This document shows, in pieces, positions 1 through 9,944 of a stretch of 64,000 bases of DNA. A model generated the notes under the pieces. It did no database searches. It was not told the DNA's origin and saw only the letters and a list, made by a program, of their open reading frames with translations. The DNA is taken from the NCBI GenBank assembly GCA_963777605.1, contig CAVZRV010000031.1:96001-160000 (forward strand). The letters are read 5' to 3'. The translations under genes were made by a program, and so were the position numbers. Position 1 is the first letter of the stretch, and each line of letters opens with the position of its first letter. Origin of the DNA: an uncultured Acidobacteriota bacterium (GTDB lineage Bacteria; Acidobacteriota; UBA6911; RPQK01; JAPXNP01).

Positions 1-726
1 TGCGTTTGCACTCGCGGTCTGCATCCGCAATTCCTTGATCACCGAGGACGAGATGATTGTGACCGTCTGATTGTAGTTGGCAATCTGAGAGTTCGCCCCG
101 TCGATCGAAACGTTGGAAGCGGAGTCCCTGTTCCCGGCAGCGAACACTCCCGAGGATTCGTAACTTCCCGCTGCGTTGACCCGCCGCATGGAGTGCTGCC
201 CGAAAGACATGTTGCCCACACTGAGATACTGTGGCGAGGTGTTCGGAGCGAGCGCCAGCAGGTCGAAGTAGTTGCGGGTTTCGTTGGGCAGGTTGTTGAC
301 CAGATTTTCATCGATCGTCGTCGAGATCTCGGCGGTTGTCTTGTTGAGCAGTTCCTCACCCGCAGCCGAGACCGTAACGCTGTCCTCGATCTGGCCCAAC
401 TGCATGACGATGTTCACCTGCGCCGGGATCGACACCATCGCCTCCCTGTCCCGAACCACTGCGGTTTTGAAACCGGGAAAAGAGGCGGAAACAGTATAGG
501 TGCCCGGCTTGAGCGACTGAAAGGCATAGTAGCCCTGGTCATTCGTTATGGCACGGCGAACCGCACCCGTCTCCTGATCGGTAACCGTGACTTCCACCCC
601 GGGCAGAACGGCGCCTGAGGTATCCCCGACCGTTCCAATGACAGCGGTCGTTGTCTGTACCTGCGCGACAGAGACTGAGCAAACTGCCAGACACAACAGA
701 CATGCGAGCACAAACCTTTGCGGCAT
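1..726 (-). CDS. TonB-dependent receptor (Oar-like, carboxypeptidase-regulatory-like N-domain); runs off the left edge of the window
   Basis: Not in the ORF track; translated by hand from ATG at 726 (RBS GGAGG): MPQRFVLACLLCLAVCSVSVAQ..VIGTVGDTSGAVLPGVEVTVTDQETGAVRRAITNDQGYYAFQSLKPGTYTVSASFPGFK..QIEDSVTVSA..NLPNETRNYFDLLALAP..NVSIDG, the usual signal peptide + CarboxypepD_reg + plug start. Confidence 0.9.
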   Translation of the reverse strand, partial: MPQRFVLACLLCLAVCSVSVAQVQTTTAVIGTVGDTSGAVLPGVEVTVTDQETGAVRRAITNDQGYYAFQSLKPGTYTVSASFPGFKTAVVRDREAMVSIPAQVNIVMQLGQIEDSVTVSAAGEELLNKTTAEISTTIDENLVNNLPNETRNYFDLLALAPNTSPQYLSVGNMSFGQHSMRRVNAAGSYESSGVFAAGNRDSASNVSIDGANSQIANYNQTVTIISSSVIKELRMQTASANA

Positions 727-835
727 AATTGAGTCCCTCCAAAAACCAAATATATGAGGTCCAGATCGTTGACAAGAATGGTAGGTTTCCTCCGATCGAT
801 CCGTCAAGTAGAATAAATGCATTAAATGGATGCCA

Positions 836-852
836 AATTTAGATCGATTTAG
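836..852. promoter_or_regulatory. Putative LacI-type operator TTAGATCGATTTAG in the divergent TBDR/sulfatase promoter region
   Basis: Near-palindrome with central CG; related copies at 13019-13032 and 33473-33489. Confidence 0.4.
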
Positions 853-979
853 CCATGAGCGCTGTTTGGGCGCCTCAACCGGTCTTCAGTATCAGGAAAG
901 GTTCATCGCGAATGAAGACTTCCTGTTGCCTGCCAACCGGCGAGGCGACTATCGACTTCTCAAACTCGAAGGAGACTCA

Positions 980-2374
980 ATGAATGCCTCCAGGTCCGAC
1001 TCACCCGGCCACAACACCGGGATGTGCCCAAAACCCTTTCTCTGCCATTCCCCGTCGGCAGTGATCCTGGTCGCTCTGCTTTGTTTGAGCTGGACCACTT
1101 GCGGCCTGCTCGGACAATCGCGAGGGAAGCAACCCAACATCATCTTTCTGCTTGCGGACAATCTCGGCTACGGGGATCTGAGCAGCTACGGCAGCGAGGG
1201 GATTGCCACTCCGGTCATCGACAGACTTGCAGTGCAGGGAGTCAAGTTCAGGCAATTCTACGTGGCACATACGGTCTGCAGCCCCTCCCGGGCTGCCTTC
1301 CTGACTGGCCGCCAACCGTATCGGGTCGGCATCACCGATGTATTGAGGCCGGATGGGCCTCTCGGCTTGCCGGCGGATGAGGTCACACTTGCCGAGTTGC
1401 TCAGGCAGGCGGGTTACGCCACCGCGTGCATCGGCAAGTGGCACCTGGGCGACAAGACAGAGTTCCTGCCGACACAGCACGGATTTGATCACTACTTCGG
1501 GATTCCCTACAGCATGGACATGCTGCCCCACGTCCTGTACCGCAACGGAAAAATCATCGAGCACGATACAGACGTCACGGATATCACCAGAAGGTACACA
1601 GACGAGGCCATCCAATTTGTCGAGTTGAACCGCGAGAGACCCTTCTTTCTATATTTTGCAGAGACGATTCCGCATCCTCCATTGACCCTGCCGGAACAGG
1701 ACAGGACCCCGGGGACTCCCATCTACGTCGATGCTGTCCAGCACCTGGACCAGCAGATCGGCCGCCTTCTCGATGTCGTCGATCGACTCGGCTTGAGCGA
1801 TGAGACCCTGGTTATCTTTACAAGCGACAACGGTCCCATGGGGCGAGGCAGCTCCGGCGGTCTTAGAGGCGGCATCCGGGACTACTATGAAGGCGGGATA
1901 CGCGTTCCATTTATCGCCCGGTTTCCAGCTGAAATCCCCGCGGGAACGGTGATCGAGACACCGGCCATCGCCTACGACCTGCTGCCGACTTTGACGCACT
2001 TCGCCGGAGGAACCGTGCCCGGGGACCGCGTTTACGACGGGCAGGACATCGGCAGGCTCCTGCGCGGTTCGGACACGCTCGAGCGACACAGACCCTTTAT
2101 CTTTGTCTATGACGACCTGGCCTGTGCCATCAGGGATGGACGATGGAAACTGCATGTCGCCGAGCGGGGAAGAAAGCTCCCGTCTCCGATGCTTTATGAC
2201 CTCGACCGCGATCCGGCAGAAGCCTATCCCGTCAACGACCAGTTTCCTGAAATCCTCGGCAGACTCGAGGCGGTCCTCAAGGAAACTCAAGCCGAAATCC
2301 CGAAAGTGTGGACCCTGAGCTATCCCGTGCGGGATCCTGAGAAAAGTCCGTCAGGAGTATTTCGGCTCCCGTGA
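980..2374 (+). CDS. Arylsulfatase A-like sulfatase (Cys-type), secreted
   Basis: PNIIFLLADNLG, CSPSRAAFLTGR (CxPxR), GKWHLG, FTSDNG; RBS GGAGA before ATG 980. Confidence 0.93.
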   Translation: MNASRSDSPGHNTGMCPKPFLCHSPSAVILVALLCLSWTTCGLLGQSRGKQPNIIFLLADNLGYGDLSSYGSEGIATPVIDRLAVQGVKFRQFYVAHTVCSPSRAAFLTGRQPYRVGITDVLRPDGPLGLPADEVTLAELLRQAGYATACIGKWHLGDKTEFLPTQHGFDHYFGIPYSMDMLPHVLYRNGKIIEHDTDVTDITRRYTDEAIQFVELNRERPFFLYFAETIPHPPLTLPEQDRTPGTPIYVDAVQHLDQQIGRLLDVVDRLGLSDETLVIFTSDNGPMGRGSSGGLRGGIRDYYEGGIRVPFIARFPAEIPAGTVIETPAIAYDLLPTLTHFAGGTVPGDRVYDGQDIGRLLRGSDTLERHRPFIFVYDDLACAIRDGRWKLHVAERGRKLPSPMLYDLDRDPAEAYPVNDQFPEILGRLEAVLKETQAEIPKVWTLSYPVRDPEKSPSGVFRLP

Positions 2375-2513
2375 CTCTTCCCAGAGTATCCTCCTGGAAG
2401 CGAAAACTAATCTTTCAAACGCGACACCCATTGATGTAGCATAATTGCGATCGATATCCGATATGGGTTTTGAACTTCCCATACCCCCATTGAAAGAGAC
2501 TGGAGATTCAGAA

Positions 2514-3839
2514 ATGAAGACAATTACTCGCAGGGAAGTACTCGCTGGCCCCCTGGCTGTCGGCACGGCGGCCGCTTTGTCCCGCCGGTCGGTGCTGGGG
2601 GCGAATGACCGAATCATCGTGGGGATGATGGGCCTTGGGGGTCGAGGGACCCGGCTGGCGGAGCTTTTCGCTGCGCGGGGAGACATTGAAATCGCGTACC
2701 TTTGTGACTGCGACACCCGTCGTTTTGCCCGTGCCCGCCAAACGGTCCAGGAGTATCAAAAGCGGCGACCGGAACTGGTCCAGGACTTCCGAAGAGTTCT
2801 TGATGACGCCAAGGTGGATGTCCTGATCAATGCGACTCCCGACCACTGGCACGGACTCGGAACGATCCTGGCTTGCCAGGCCGGCAAGGATGTCTATGTC
2901 GAGAAGCCTCTCTGCCACAACATCTGGGAAGGGCGCAAAATGGTCGAGGCCGCGCGGAAATACGATCGCGTCGTTCAGGTCGGGATTCAGTCCCGCAGCG
3001 CGGCTTATGCTTCCAGGGCAAGAGAGTACATCCGGTCCGGGGCGATGGGAGATATCTACTTCGTTCGTGTCCTGAACATGATGAAGCACCCGATGCGGAA
3101 GAACAGCCCCGCTCAGCCCGTTCCCGAAGGTCTCGACTATGACATGTGGTGCGGCCCTGCGCCGAAGGTCCCCTACAACCAGGATCGCCGATGGCTGGAC
3201 GAGTGGGAATTCAGCTGCGGGGCAATCGCCGGTGACGCCGTTCACCAGATCGACCTCGCCCGGTTCCTGATCGATGACCCTCCCTATCCTGAAACCGCCA
3301 GCAATTCCGGGGGCATCCTCGTCCTGAAGGACGGCCGAACAATGCCCGATACTCAACTGGCTACGTTCGAGTACGGACCTCTCACTTTCGTCCTTGATGC
3401 AGCCTTGTGGATGCCTTACATGAAGAAGACCCCGGCAACGATTCGCGATTCCGATCAGTTTCCCGAATGGTCGTTTAACAGCACCCGCGTCGAAGTCTTC
3501 GGGACTGAGGGTTTCATGTTCTTCGGAAGGCACGGGGGCGGGTGGCAGGCCTTCGATGTAGATGGTCAGCTCGTGAAATCGGATTATGGCCGCCAGGGAG
3601 ACCAGGAACACCTGGACAATTTCATCGACTCAATCCGTCACAGAAAGAGGCCTCAAGGTGACGTCGAGATCGCGCATCATTCCACGCTTCTCTGCCATCT
3701 CGCCAACATCTCTTACCGGGTCGGCAACCGCAAGCTGGGGTTCGACCCGAAGACGGAGACCTTTCTCGACTGCGACGAGGCCGACCGGTGGATCCGGCGT
3801 GAATACAGGGCCCCGTGGATTGTTCCCGAACATGTCTAG
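2514..3839 (+). CDS. Gfo/Idh/MocA family oxidoreductase, Tat-exported
   Basis: TRREVL twin-arginine signal, GLGGRG, ATPDHWH, GKDVYVEKP. Confidence 0.92.
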   Translation: MKTITRREVLAGPLAVGTAAALSRRSVLGANDRIIVGMMGLGGRGTRLAELFAARGDIEIAYLCDCDTRRFARARQTVQEYQKRRPELVQDFRRVLDDAKVDVLINATPDHWHGLGTILACQAGKDVYVEKPLCHNIWEGRKMVEAARKYDRVVQVGIQSRSAAYASRAREYIRSGAMGDIYFVRVLNMMKHPMRKNSPAQPVPEGLDYDMWCGPAPKVPYNQDRRWLDEWEFSCGAIAGDAVHQIDLARFLIDDPPYPETASNSGGILVLKDGRTMPDTQLATFEYGPLTFVLDAALWMPYMKKTPATIRDSDQFPEWSFNSTRVEVFGTEGFMFFGRHGGGWQAFDVDGQLVKSDYGRQGDQEHLDNFIDSIRHRKRPQGDVEIAHHSTLLCHLANISYRVGNRKLGFDPKTETFLDCDEADRWIRREYRAPWIVPEHV

Positions 3840-5046
3840 ATCTCGGTCAGAGCTTGTCCGGCGACTCATCGAGCACTTTGGCAGGGCTTATTGCCGGTTG
3901 ATCCGGGTGCCTCTGAGACCGTCCCTGGCCTGCCTGATGTTCTCGTGTCTGCTGCTCTTTCAGCCGGTGCGGGCCGAATGGGCCCACCTCGATCACGTTT
4001 CCGTCAAGCAGGAGATCACGGAACTGGCCGGTCCATGCACCGTAATCACCTATGATGCGACGGACGAGACAATCAGCACGGCAACGCCAATCTATGTCTT
4101 TGTCCGCTACCGGCCCTCCCCCGACAGTGCCTGGTCTGGACTCTCCCCCGAGACCCTCACGGGGAACGGGATTGCTCTGGTGCAGACAGCCGGTGCAAAG
4201 AAGATCGTTTGGTGGGGCAGTCAGGAACTGGGCCTGGCTCGCTTTCAGGACGCGGAGTTTCGGGTCCGCGGGATTCGCCTCTGCCGCGTGCCGGGCGGCC
4301 GGTTCACCATGAAGACGATTCCGGGCCAGGGTCGAGACGAGTCGAACCCCAGGCAACCCGTCCTGGAGCTGCCGGGATTCCTGATCGCACGAGACGAAAC
4401 GACCGTCGGGATGTTCGTGGACTTTCTCAACGAGACAGAGCCATCTGGAGCAGGTTGGAACGAACGGATGGCAGACCCGGATCGCTGCGGCATTGAACGC
4501 CGGGACAGCCGAACCTATCAGGTCATTCAGGGTCGCGAGAACTTTCCCGTGACGTATGTCTCCTGGTACGATGCCGGCGCGTTCGCGCGATGGTGCGGAC
4601 TGAGATTGCCCACCGAGGCCGAGTTCGAGAAGTCAATCAGGGGCGGAATCTATCTCGACGGAGATTCCAGCAAGGGACGCTTAAATTCTCTTCCCGAGCG
4701 TCGATACCCGTGGGGGAATGAAAAACCCGGCACTGGGGGTCGGTACCGCTGCAACTACGACGGTACCGAAGACGGGTTTGAGTTCACCGCACCGGTCGGC
4801 AGCTATTCCGAACTTCCCAGCCCATATGGCATCGCCGACCTCGTTGGAAATGTTGCCGAGTGGACGAGCGACTGGTACTCAACCTCACATCACGCCGGTC
4901 TGGATGGATACAGAGTCGTGCGAGGAGGGTCCTGGATGGATCCGGAAGAGACCTGCGACGCGATCAGCGGAGCCACGCAATTTCCGCTCGATGAAAGTTC
5001 GATCATCGGTTTCAGGGTCGCTGTTACTGAGCCCGGAGATCGATGA
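3832..5046 (+). CDS. FGE-sulfatase (SUMF1/EgtB) domain protein
   Basis: PVTYVSWYDAGAF, RLPTEAEFEK, YPWG, GNVAEW, RVVRGGSW, GFR; start chosen at the ATG overlapping the previous stop. Confidence 0.85.
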   Translation: MSRSRSELVRRLIEHFGRAYCRLIRVPLRPSLACLMFSCLLLFQPVRAEWAHLDHVSVKQEITELAGPCTVITYDATDETISTATPIYVFVRYRPSPDSAWSGLSPETLTGNGIALVQTAGAKKIVWWGSQELGLARFQDAEFRVRGIRLCRVPGGRFTMKTIPGQGRDESNPRQPVLELPGFLIARDETTVGMFVDFLNETEPSGAGWNERMADPDRCGIERRDSRTYQVIQGRENFPVTYVSWYDAGAFARWCGLRLPTEAEFEKSIRGGIYLDGDSSKGRLNSLPERRYPWGNEKPGTGGRYRCNYDGTEDGFEFTAPVGSYSELPSPYGIADLVGNVAEWTSDWYSTSHHAGLDGYRVVRGGSWMDPEETCDAISGATQFPLDESSIIGFRVAVTEPGDR

Positions 5047-6833
5047 GACCGACCGCCATTGGGTTCGACCGGACCGGGCTTACGCCTGCTGAAAGGCGGC
5101 CCCTGTAGATAGCAATTGCATCCAAGACGTTGGACAGAAAGATCCGACGATGCTCATTAGAATTGAAGTTCCCGTTCAATCTCACGAACTCCTGAAAGCG
5201 CTCGGTATAGTCGAGGAGAAACTGGACGTCGCTCCGAATCCGAATCGGGCGCGCCCCAACCTGGGCGAAAATGACTCCGGCGTGGCCGATCAGCGGCCAG
5301 TCCTGACGCCCGCCAAAAGTCTCGGCCGAGACCACTCCCCGGGTACGGGCGGAGATCCAGGAACTTCGCTCGATCCCGACCCTCCCATTGAATTCGATCG
5401 AGCGCCGGTCCTCTCCCGATGGGCCGCTCGCCGCAACCACCTTCCCGTTCACCAGGATCTCGAGGACTTCGAGAGGGTAGGCGCAGGCGGCACGGGCTTC
5501 AACCCGGGCATTCCGGCTTGATGACAACCGCAAGTTTCCACCTGCCTCCTGGCCTTCGACGCTGAGCCAGATCATCGGACCGTTCGATGAGAAACACTCG
5601 CCCTTTTCGAATCCCCTCAAACCAGCCGGCTGCGGTTAACGCACCCTCCATCCGGACGTAGGTTCGCTCCTGCCCAAAGGTCGGATACCAGGGGGCAAGC
5701 CAGATGCCAAAAGGAAAATCAGTGCCTCCCACACCCGCCAGACGAACCCCCGCTCCGAGCAGTCGATACCAGAACGGTTCGCCAAGGAACTTCGCGAACT
5801 GCACGACCTCGATGAAGTCGATCAGTCCAAGCGCTCCCTCGACCGAAACCGACTCCATGCCGCGGGGGGTCAGGTCATGTAGTGTCTTCGCGGTCACGCC
5901 GGCAAGTCCACCGTGCGCCCACCCGACAATCCCTCCCTGAGATTTCACTTCGCCACAGGCCACTCCGAAGGGAGGGAAACTCTCACCCAGACCGAGTTGA
6001 GGCCCGGTACTCACTGGTTCGATGACCTTCTCGATCCCGGCCATCGTCACGTGGCCGGACAGGTCATTGTCGCGAAATTCTTCGCCGGGAGCGATCACGT
6101 AATGACCGGACTGGTGGGTGCCCTCGTCTCCGTAGGCATACTGGTCATAGCGCAGAAAGGGTTCACCATGCCTCAACACCATAGTGTTGATCAGGTGCAG
6201 ATCCTCCGCCCGCGCAAGGGCTTCCCATAGCGCGTTGTCCCGCGGGCTGCTGCGCGAGAAGTGCTGGTGAATGTCGCCGCAGAAATAGCCGTTTCCGGGC
6301 ATGTCGATCCACCTCTCGAGCGGCCGTTCTACCTCGACAGTTGATCCCACCCGCACGTCCACGTCGAACTGAATGGGACGATACTCGAATCCTCTTGACA
6401 CGTACAGCCGGCTCCGGCCGACCGGCAACTCGAGCTGAGCTTCTCCTCGGCTCAAGTGGGTCCAGTCGAGCGAACAGCGCGCCGGAGCCAGCATCTCCTT
6501 AAAGTCGCGGCCGACCAGCAGTCCGTCTCCAGGGCCGTCGGCGGCGTGACCGTGTCCCGGCACCTTTCCCACCGGCGTCCAGTGAGAGCCACCGGGCAGT
6601 TCCACATGCAGGCGCGCCGGGATCGCTTCTGCCGTGGACGCGTCGAAAATCCGGAGTAGCAGCCGACCTGTCCCTGGTTTGGTCGATCCCTGAGAGAGGG
6701 CCCGTTCGTGTGCAGCGGCGACGGCCACAGCCGAGCGGCTCAGTTTCGCCAGGAAGGACCTCCTGGTGCAGCCCCCCGAGTCCTTCAGAAAATGCCGGAT
6801 CAGGTGATGGGCATTCTGGAACTGATGCTTCAT
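5024..6833 (-). CDS. CehA/McbA-like PHP-fold metallohydrolase with Tat signal; frameshift near 5600
   Basis: TRRSFL signal, GDIHQH, WAHG, GGTD, RTYV; the C-terminal part (SNGPMIWL..LEILVNG..SWISAR) continues in ORF 5024-5620. Confidence 0.78.
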
Positions 6834-9793
6834 TGATCGAGTCGGCTCCGGTATTCCGGGAGTTCCACTTCCACGAGGTGTTCTACCTGACGGATCTTCT
6901 TCTCGATACTGCCCGGAGAGTAGATTCCGGACCGGGAGACACCGGTGCTGGAAGAGGCCACGCTGTTCGAGTATCCCAGCCTTGAGTCGGAGGCAATCAC
7001 CGGCAGGATCGCGCGGGCATTTTCCAGCTCTCGCCGGGCAATCGCAGCCATCTGGTCAAGCAGCGCCTCAGCCCGGCCTCGGTCCTTCTCTGCCTGGAGC
7101 CGCTCTCTCAACTGGTAGAACCGGCCCACGTTGACGGTGCTCCGGATGCAGGCCAGGAAGGCTTTGCCGACGCCCCCCTCTCGAACCGCGTTCCGTTTCA
7201 ATTCAGGGTCCGCCGCAGCCTCTACGGCCTCCCACTTTACAACACCCGCCTGCCAGCCCATTTCGAGCTTCTCGAGTTCACCCAACGCGTCCTCGGCACC
7301 CCACGGTTCTGTCCAGCTGAGGTCGTTTTTGAACTGTCGCCCGGCATGATTCAGCGGTTCGTATTCCGGATCGAGAAACAGGGGATGAGCCGGACCTTTC
7401 TGGAAGGGCCCCATCGCCATCCTTCCTGAAAACGGATAGTGAGCAATCGCCTCACTCCAGTCTCTCCAGGCTCCGAGTGCGGGCTCAACAGCCGCCTCCC
7501 CGTACTCGCGGCGCGCGATCGATTTCAGGAGTTCTTCCGGGTCCTTGAATGGCTCCCAGGTCTCCTCCTTCATGATCTCGGCGGCAATGGAAGGCGTAAA
7601 ACCGTAATGCATCCAGTTGGCAAAGACGCCGCTCGGCCAGTCGAATTCGCGCATTCGCCGATACCGATCCGCCCAGCGGAAGTAGACTGGAATGTACGGA
7701 GTCTGGATGGCCTCCAGGGCAATCGCATGTTCGTCTTTGATCCAGAACGGAATCTTGCGCTGCCTTGTCAGTTCGACCTGCCGGGTGAATCGTTCCGACG
7801 GTCCAAGGTAGCTGATGGGATAGTCATAGGCCGGGATCGTCGTCTTTCCGAACGTGATCAGCCCCTCCTTTCCGAACTCCGTCATAAACGTCACTCCCGG
7901 ATCCAGGCGGTCAATTAGCCTGGATTGCGTCGGGTCTTCGCTGGACCAGAAATTCGTGGCACTGTACGGCCAAAGCACGACGTCGGCGTCAGAACGACTC
8001 GCCCGGGCACCTTGCTCTATTGTCTTGGCCAACTCCGCCACTACTTCCGGGGCGCTCCTTTTCGAACAGCGGGGGCAGTCCATTCGCCGCGTGTAGCAGT
8101 GAATGAAGCCTTCGCCGCCAACAATGAACACGACTCCCTTGACCAGCGGGGCCGCATCGAACAAATTCCCGGTAGCTTCCCGAATGTAGGTCCGGACTTC
8201 GTCGGTGCTGGTACACAGCACGTTGTCACCTCCGTATGCCTTGAACGGGGTGCCGCGATCACCGGGATGTGCCTCAAAAAACGAGGCCGGAAGCGGGTGG
8301 TACGCCAACACGACGTAAACATCCACACCGACGCGGCCTGCCTTCTCCGTCAGTTCCCTCAGTCGCTGCTGCCGCAGCGCCACCCCGTCATCCAACTCCG
8401 GAAAGACGTTGGACCGACCCAGGTCAAACAGGTCTCCCCAGATCCAGATCGCGTTGAACCCGGCGTGGGAAATGCGGGAAAGCAGCTCGGGCGTGTAGGC
8501 ATTCTTGCCGTATTCCAACTCCACGGTCGCGTAGAACGGGGCTGCTGTTATTCGAGGAGAATACCTGGGCCTGCGCACGCCGCTGGCCTTTTTCAAAAAC
8601 GGTCCCCTCTCCATCCGCATGCGGTCCTCCAACTCCTGAAGACCCCGCATGACCCCTCGATCGTCATATCCACAGACTTCGATTCGCCCATCCATGACTT
8701 CGATCCAAAACGACTCCGCTCCCTTCAGGTCCTTTCCTTCCACGCCCAACTGGTCACAGCGCGCCGCAACAATGGCATGATCGACACCGTCAGCCGTCCC
8801 GTTCCAGTTCGCGACCGGCGCCTCGGTGACAACGACTCCGAGTTCTCCCTCGAGGAAGCGCCGGAAATCAATGACCGCTGCGTGAACGAGATCGCCGGCG
8901 TCCTGCGAGTACTCGAGATTCCAGTCAGACGAGATTGCCACTTCGTCGGTATCAGAGGGAGAACTCCGCCGGCCTTTCATCAACTCTTGGTGAAGCGGAG
9001 TGAGCAACTCGTCTTCAATAAACGCGAACCGTTCCTCTCTTGAGCCTTCTGCTGCCTTCTCTCCGACCTGAAATGCAAAGTCGAGGTCCGCCAGGGTTTC
9101 TCCGTTTCCAACCAACGCGTGGCCCTGTTCATACTCCGGAGTCCGACTCCCGTAGTCCACGTTGAGGCTGTTCTCGAATCCGTCTGCCTCGCGTCCCCCT
9201 TCGCCCCACTCCGGAAGATACTTGTACTTCAGGCTCAGATTCTCCGCCGGATAGTCTTTGAGAGCCGTTCCGTAGACTTCGTAGTACCCCTCGCTCGTTG
9301 ACTCGGCGACTTCCAGCTGAAGGTAGTACTCCCGTCCTGCTTCCAGTTCTCTTCCCCGCTCAAAATCAGCACCACACCAGCGCTCGAAGAAGCGGCTCAC
9401 TTCATTGGGAGGAAGGTCCCCCGCCGCAATATCATCCTGTCCCCATTCCGTTCCGATCCGGTAGTGGAGCGGGGGAGCATCCCCGACGCGGAGCAGCTTC
9501 ATCCGAAATGCCTCCAATGGGCCAGTCGTGGCGGGCGTGAACGACTGCCCTGCCGACTCGCCCGATCGAAGGCGCCAGCTCACTACCGCATCCGACACCG
9601 GATCATAATCATGTACCGCGAGCAGCGTTCCGCCCAATTCGCTCCGTGCGGCCTGCCCACCGGTCGAGTCTGACCTGCACCCTGCGATCGTCCCGATCAA
9701 CAGCACCAAAAGTGCAGCCGACACCGAACGGGTTGTCCGAAGGACGGTTGGCACTCCACTTACCGACGACAATTTACAACCTCTCAATTTCAT
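6830..9793 (-). CDS. Large lipoprotein-like protein with a GH20/GH67-type N-domain and an unclassified catalytic domain
   Basis: Lipobox-like IAGC; AVIDFRRFL..IEVCGYDDRGVMRGLQELE; shares GFNAIW, PYIP and DSRLGY blocks with 15535-20262. Confidence 0.65.
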   Translation of the reverse strand: MKLRGCKLSSVSGVPTVLRTTRSVSAALLVLLIGTIAGCRSDSTGGQAARSELGGTLLAVHDYDPVSDAVVSWRLRSGESAGQSFTPATTGPLEAFRMKLLRVGDAPPLHYRIGTEWGQDDIAAGDLPPNEVSRFFERWCGADFERGRELEAGREYYLQLEVAESTSEGYYEVYGTALKDYPAENLSLKYKYLPEWGEGGREADGFENSLNVDYGSRTPEYEQGHALVGNGETLADLDFAFQVGEKAAEGSREERFAFIEDELLTPLHQELMKGRRSSPSDTDEVAISSDWNLEYSQDAGDLVHAAVIDFRRFLEGELGVVVTEAPVANWNGTADGVDHAIVAARCDQLGVEGKDLKGAESFWIEVMDGRIEVCGYDDRGVMRGLQELEDRMRMERGPFLKKASGVRRPRYSPRITAAPFYATVELEYGKNAYTPELLSRISHAGFNAIWIWGDLFDLGRSNVFPELDDGVALRQQRLRELTEKAGRVGVDVYVVLAYHPLPASFFEAHPGDRGTPFKAYGGDNVLCTSTDEVRTYIREATGNLFDAAPLVKGVVFIVGGEGFIHCYTRRMDCPRCSKRSAPEVVAELAKTIEQGARASRSDADVVLWPYSATNFWSSEDPTQSRLIDRLDPGVTFMTEFGKEGLITFGKTTIPAYDYPISYLGPSERFTRQVELTRQRKIPFWIKDEHAIALEAIQTPYIPVYFRWADRYRRMREFDWPSGVFANWMHYGFTPSIAAEIMKEETWEPFKDPEELLKSIARREYGEAAVEPALGAWRDWSEAIAHYPFSGRMAMGPFQKGPAHPLFLDPEYEPLNHAGRQFKNDLSWTEPWGAEDALGELEKLEMGWQAGVVKWEAVEAAADPELKRNAVREGGVGKAFLACIRSTVNVGRFYQLRERLQAEKDRGRAEALLDQMAAIARRELENARAILPVIASDSRLGYSNSVASSSTGVSRSGIYSPGSIEKKIRQVEHLVEVELPEYRSRLDQ

Positions 9794-9944
9794 GCTGACT
9801 CCAATGCCCTCGATGGCCGGCCCCTGTCTGACTCCGGTTCCCGCGCAAGCGGCGCACCATCTCCACCCGATTCACTACCGGCAACATTTCCAGAAATTCC
9901 GGTCCGGCACCTTCAGAATTTCGACTCACTTGCAACGTGCGCAC

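Noticed and set aside
5590-5612. Programmed frameshift in the metallohydrolase
   Set aside because: Similar breaks occur in many unrelated genes; sequencing error is the simpler explanation.
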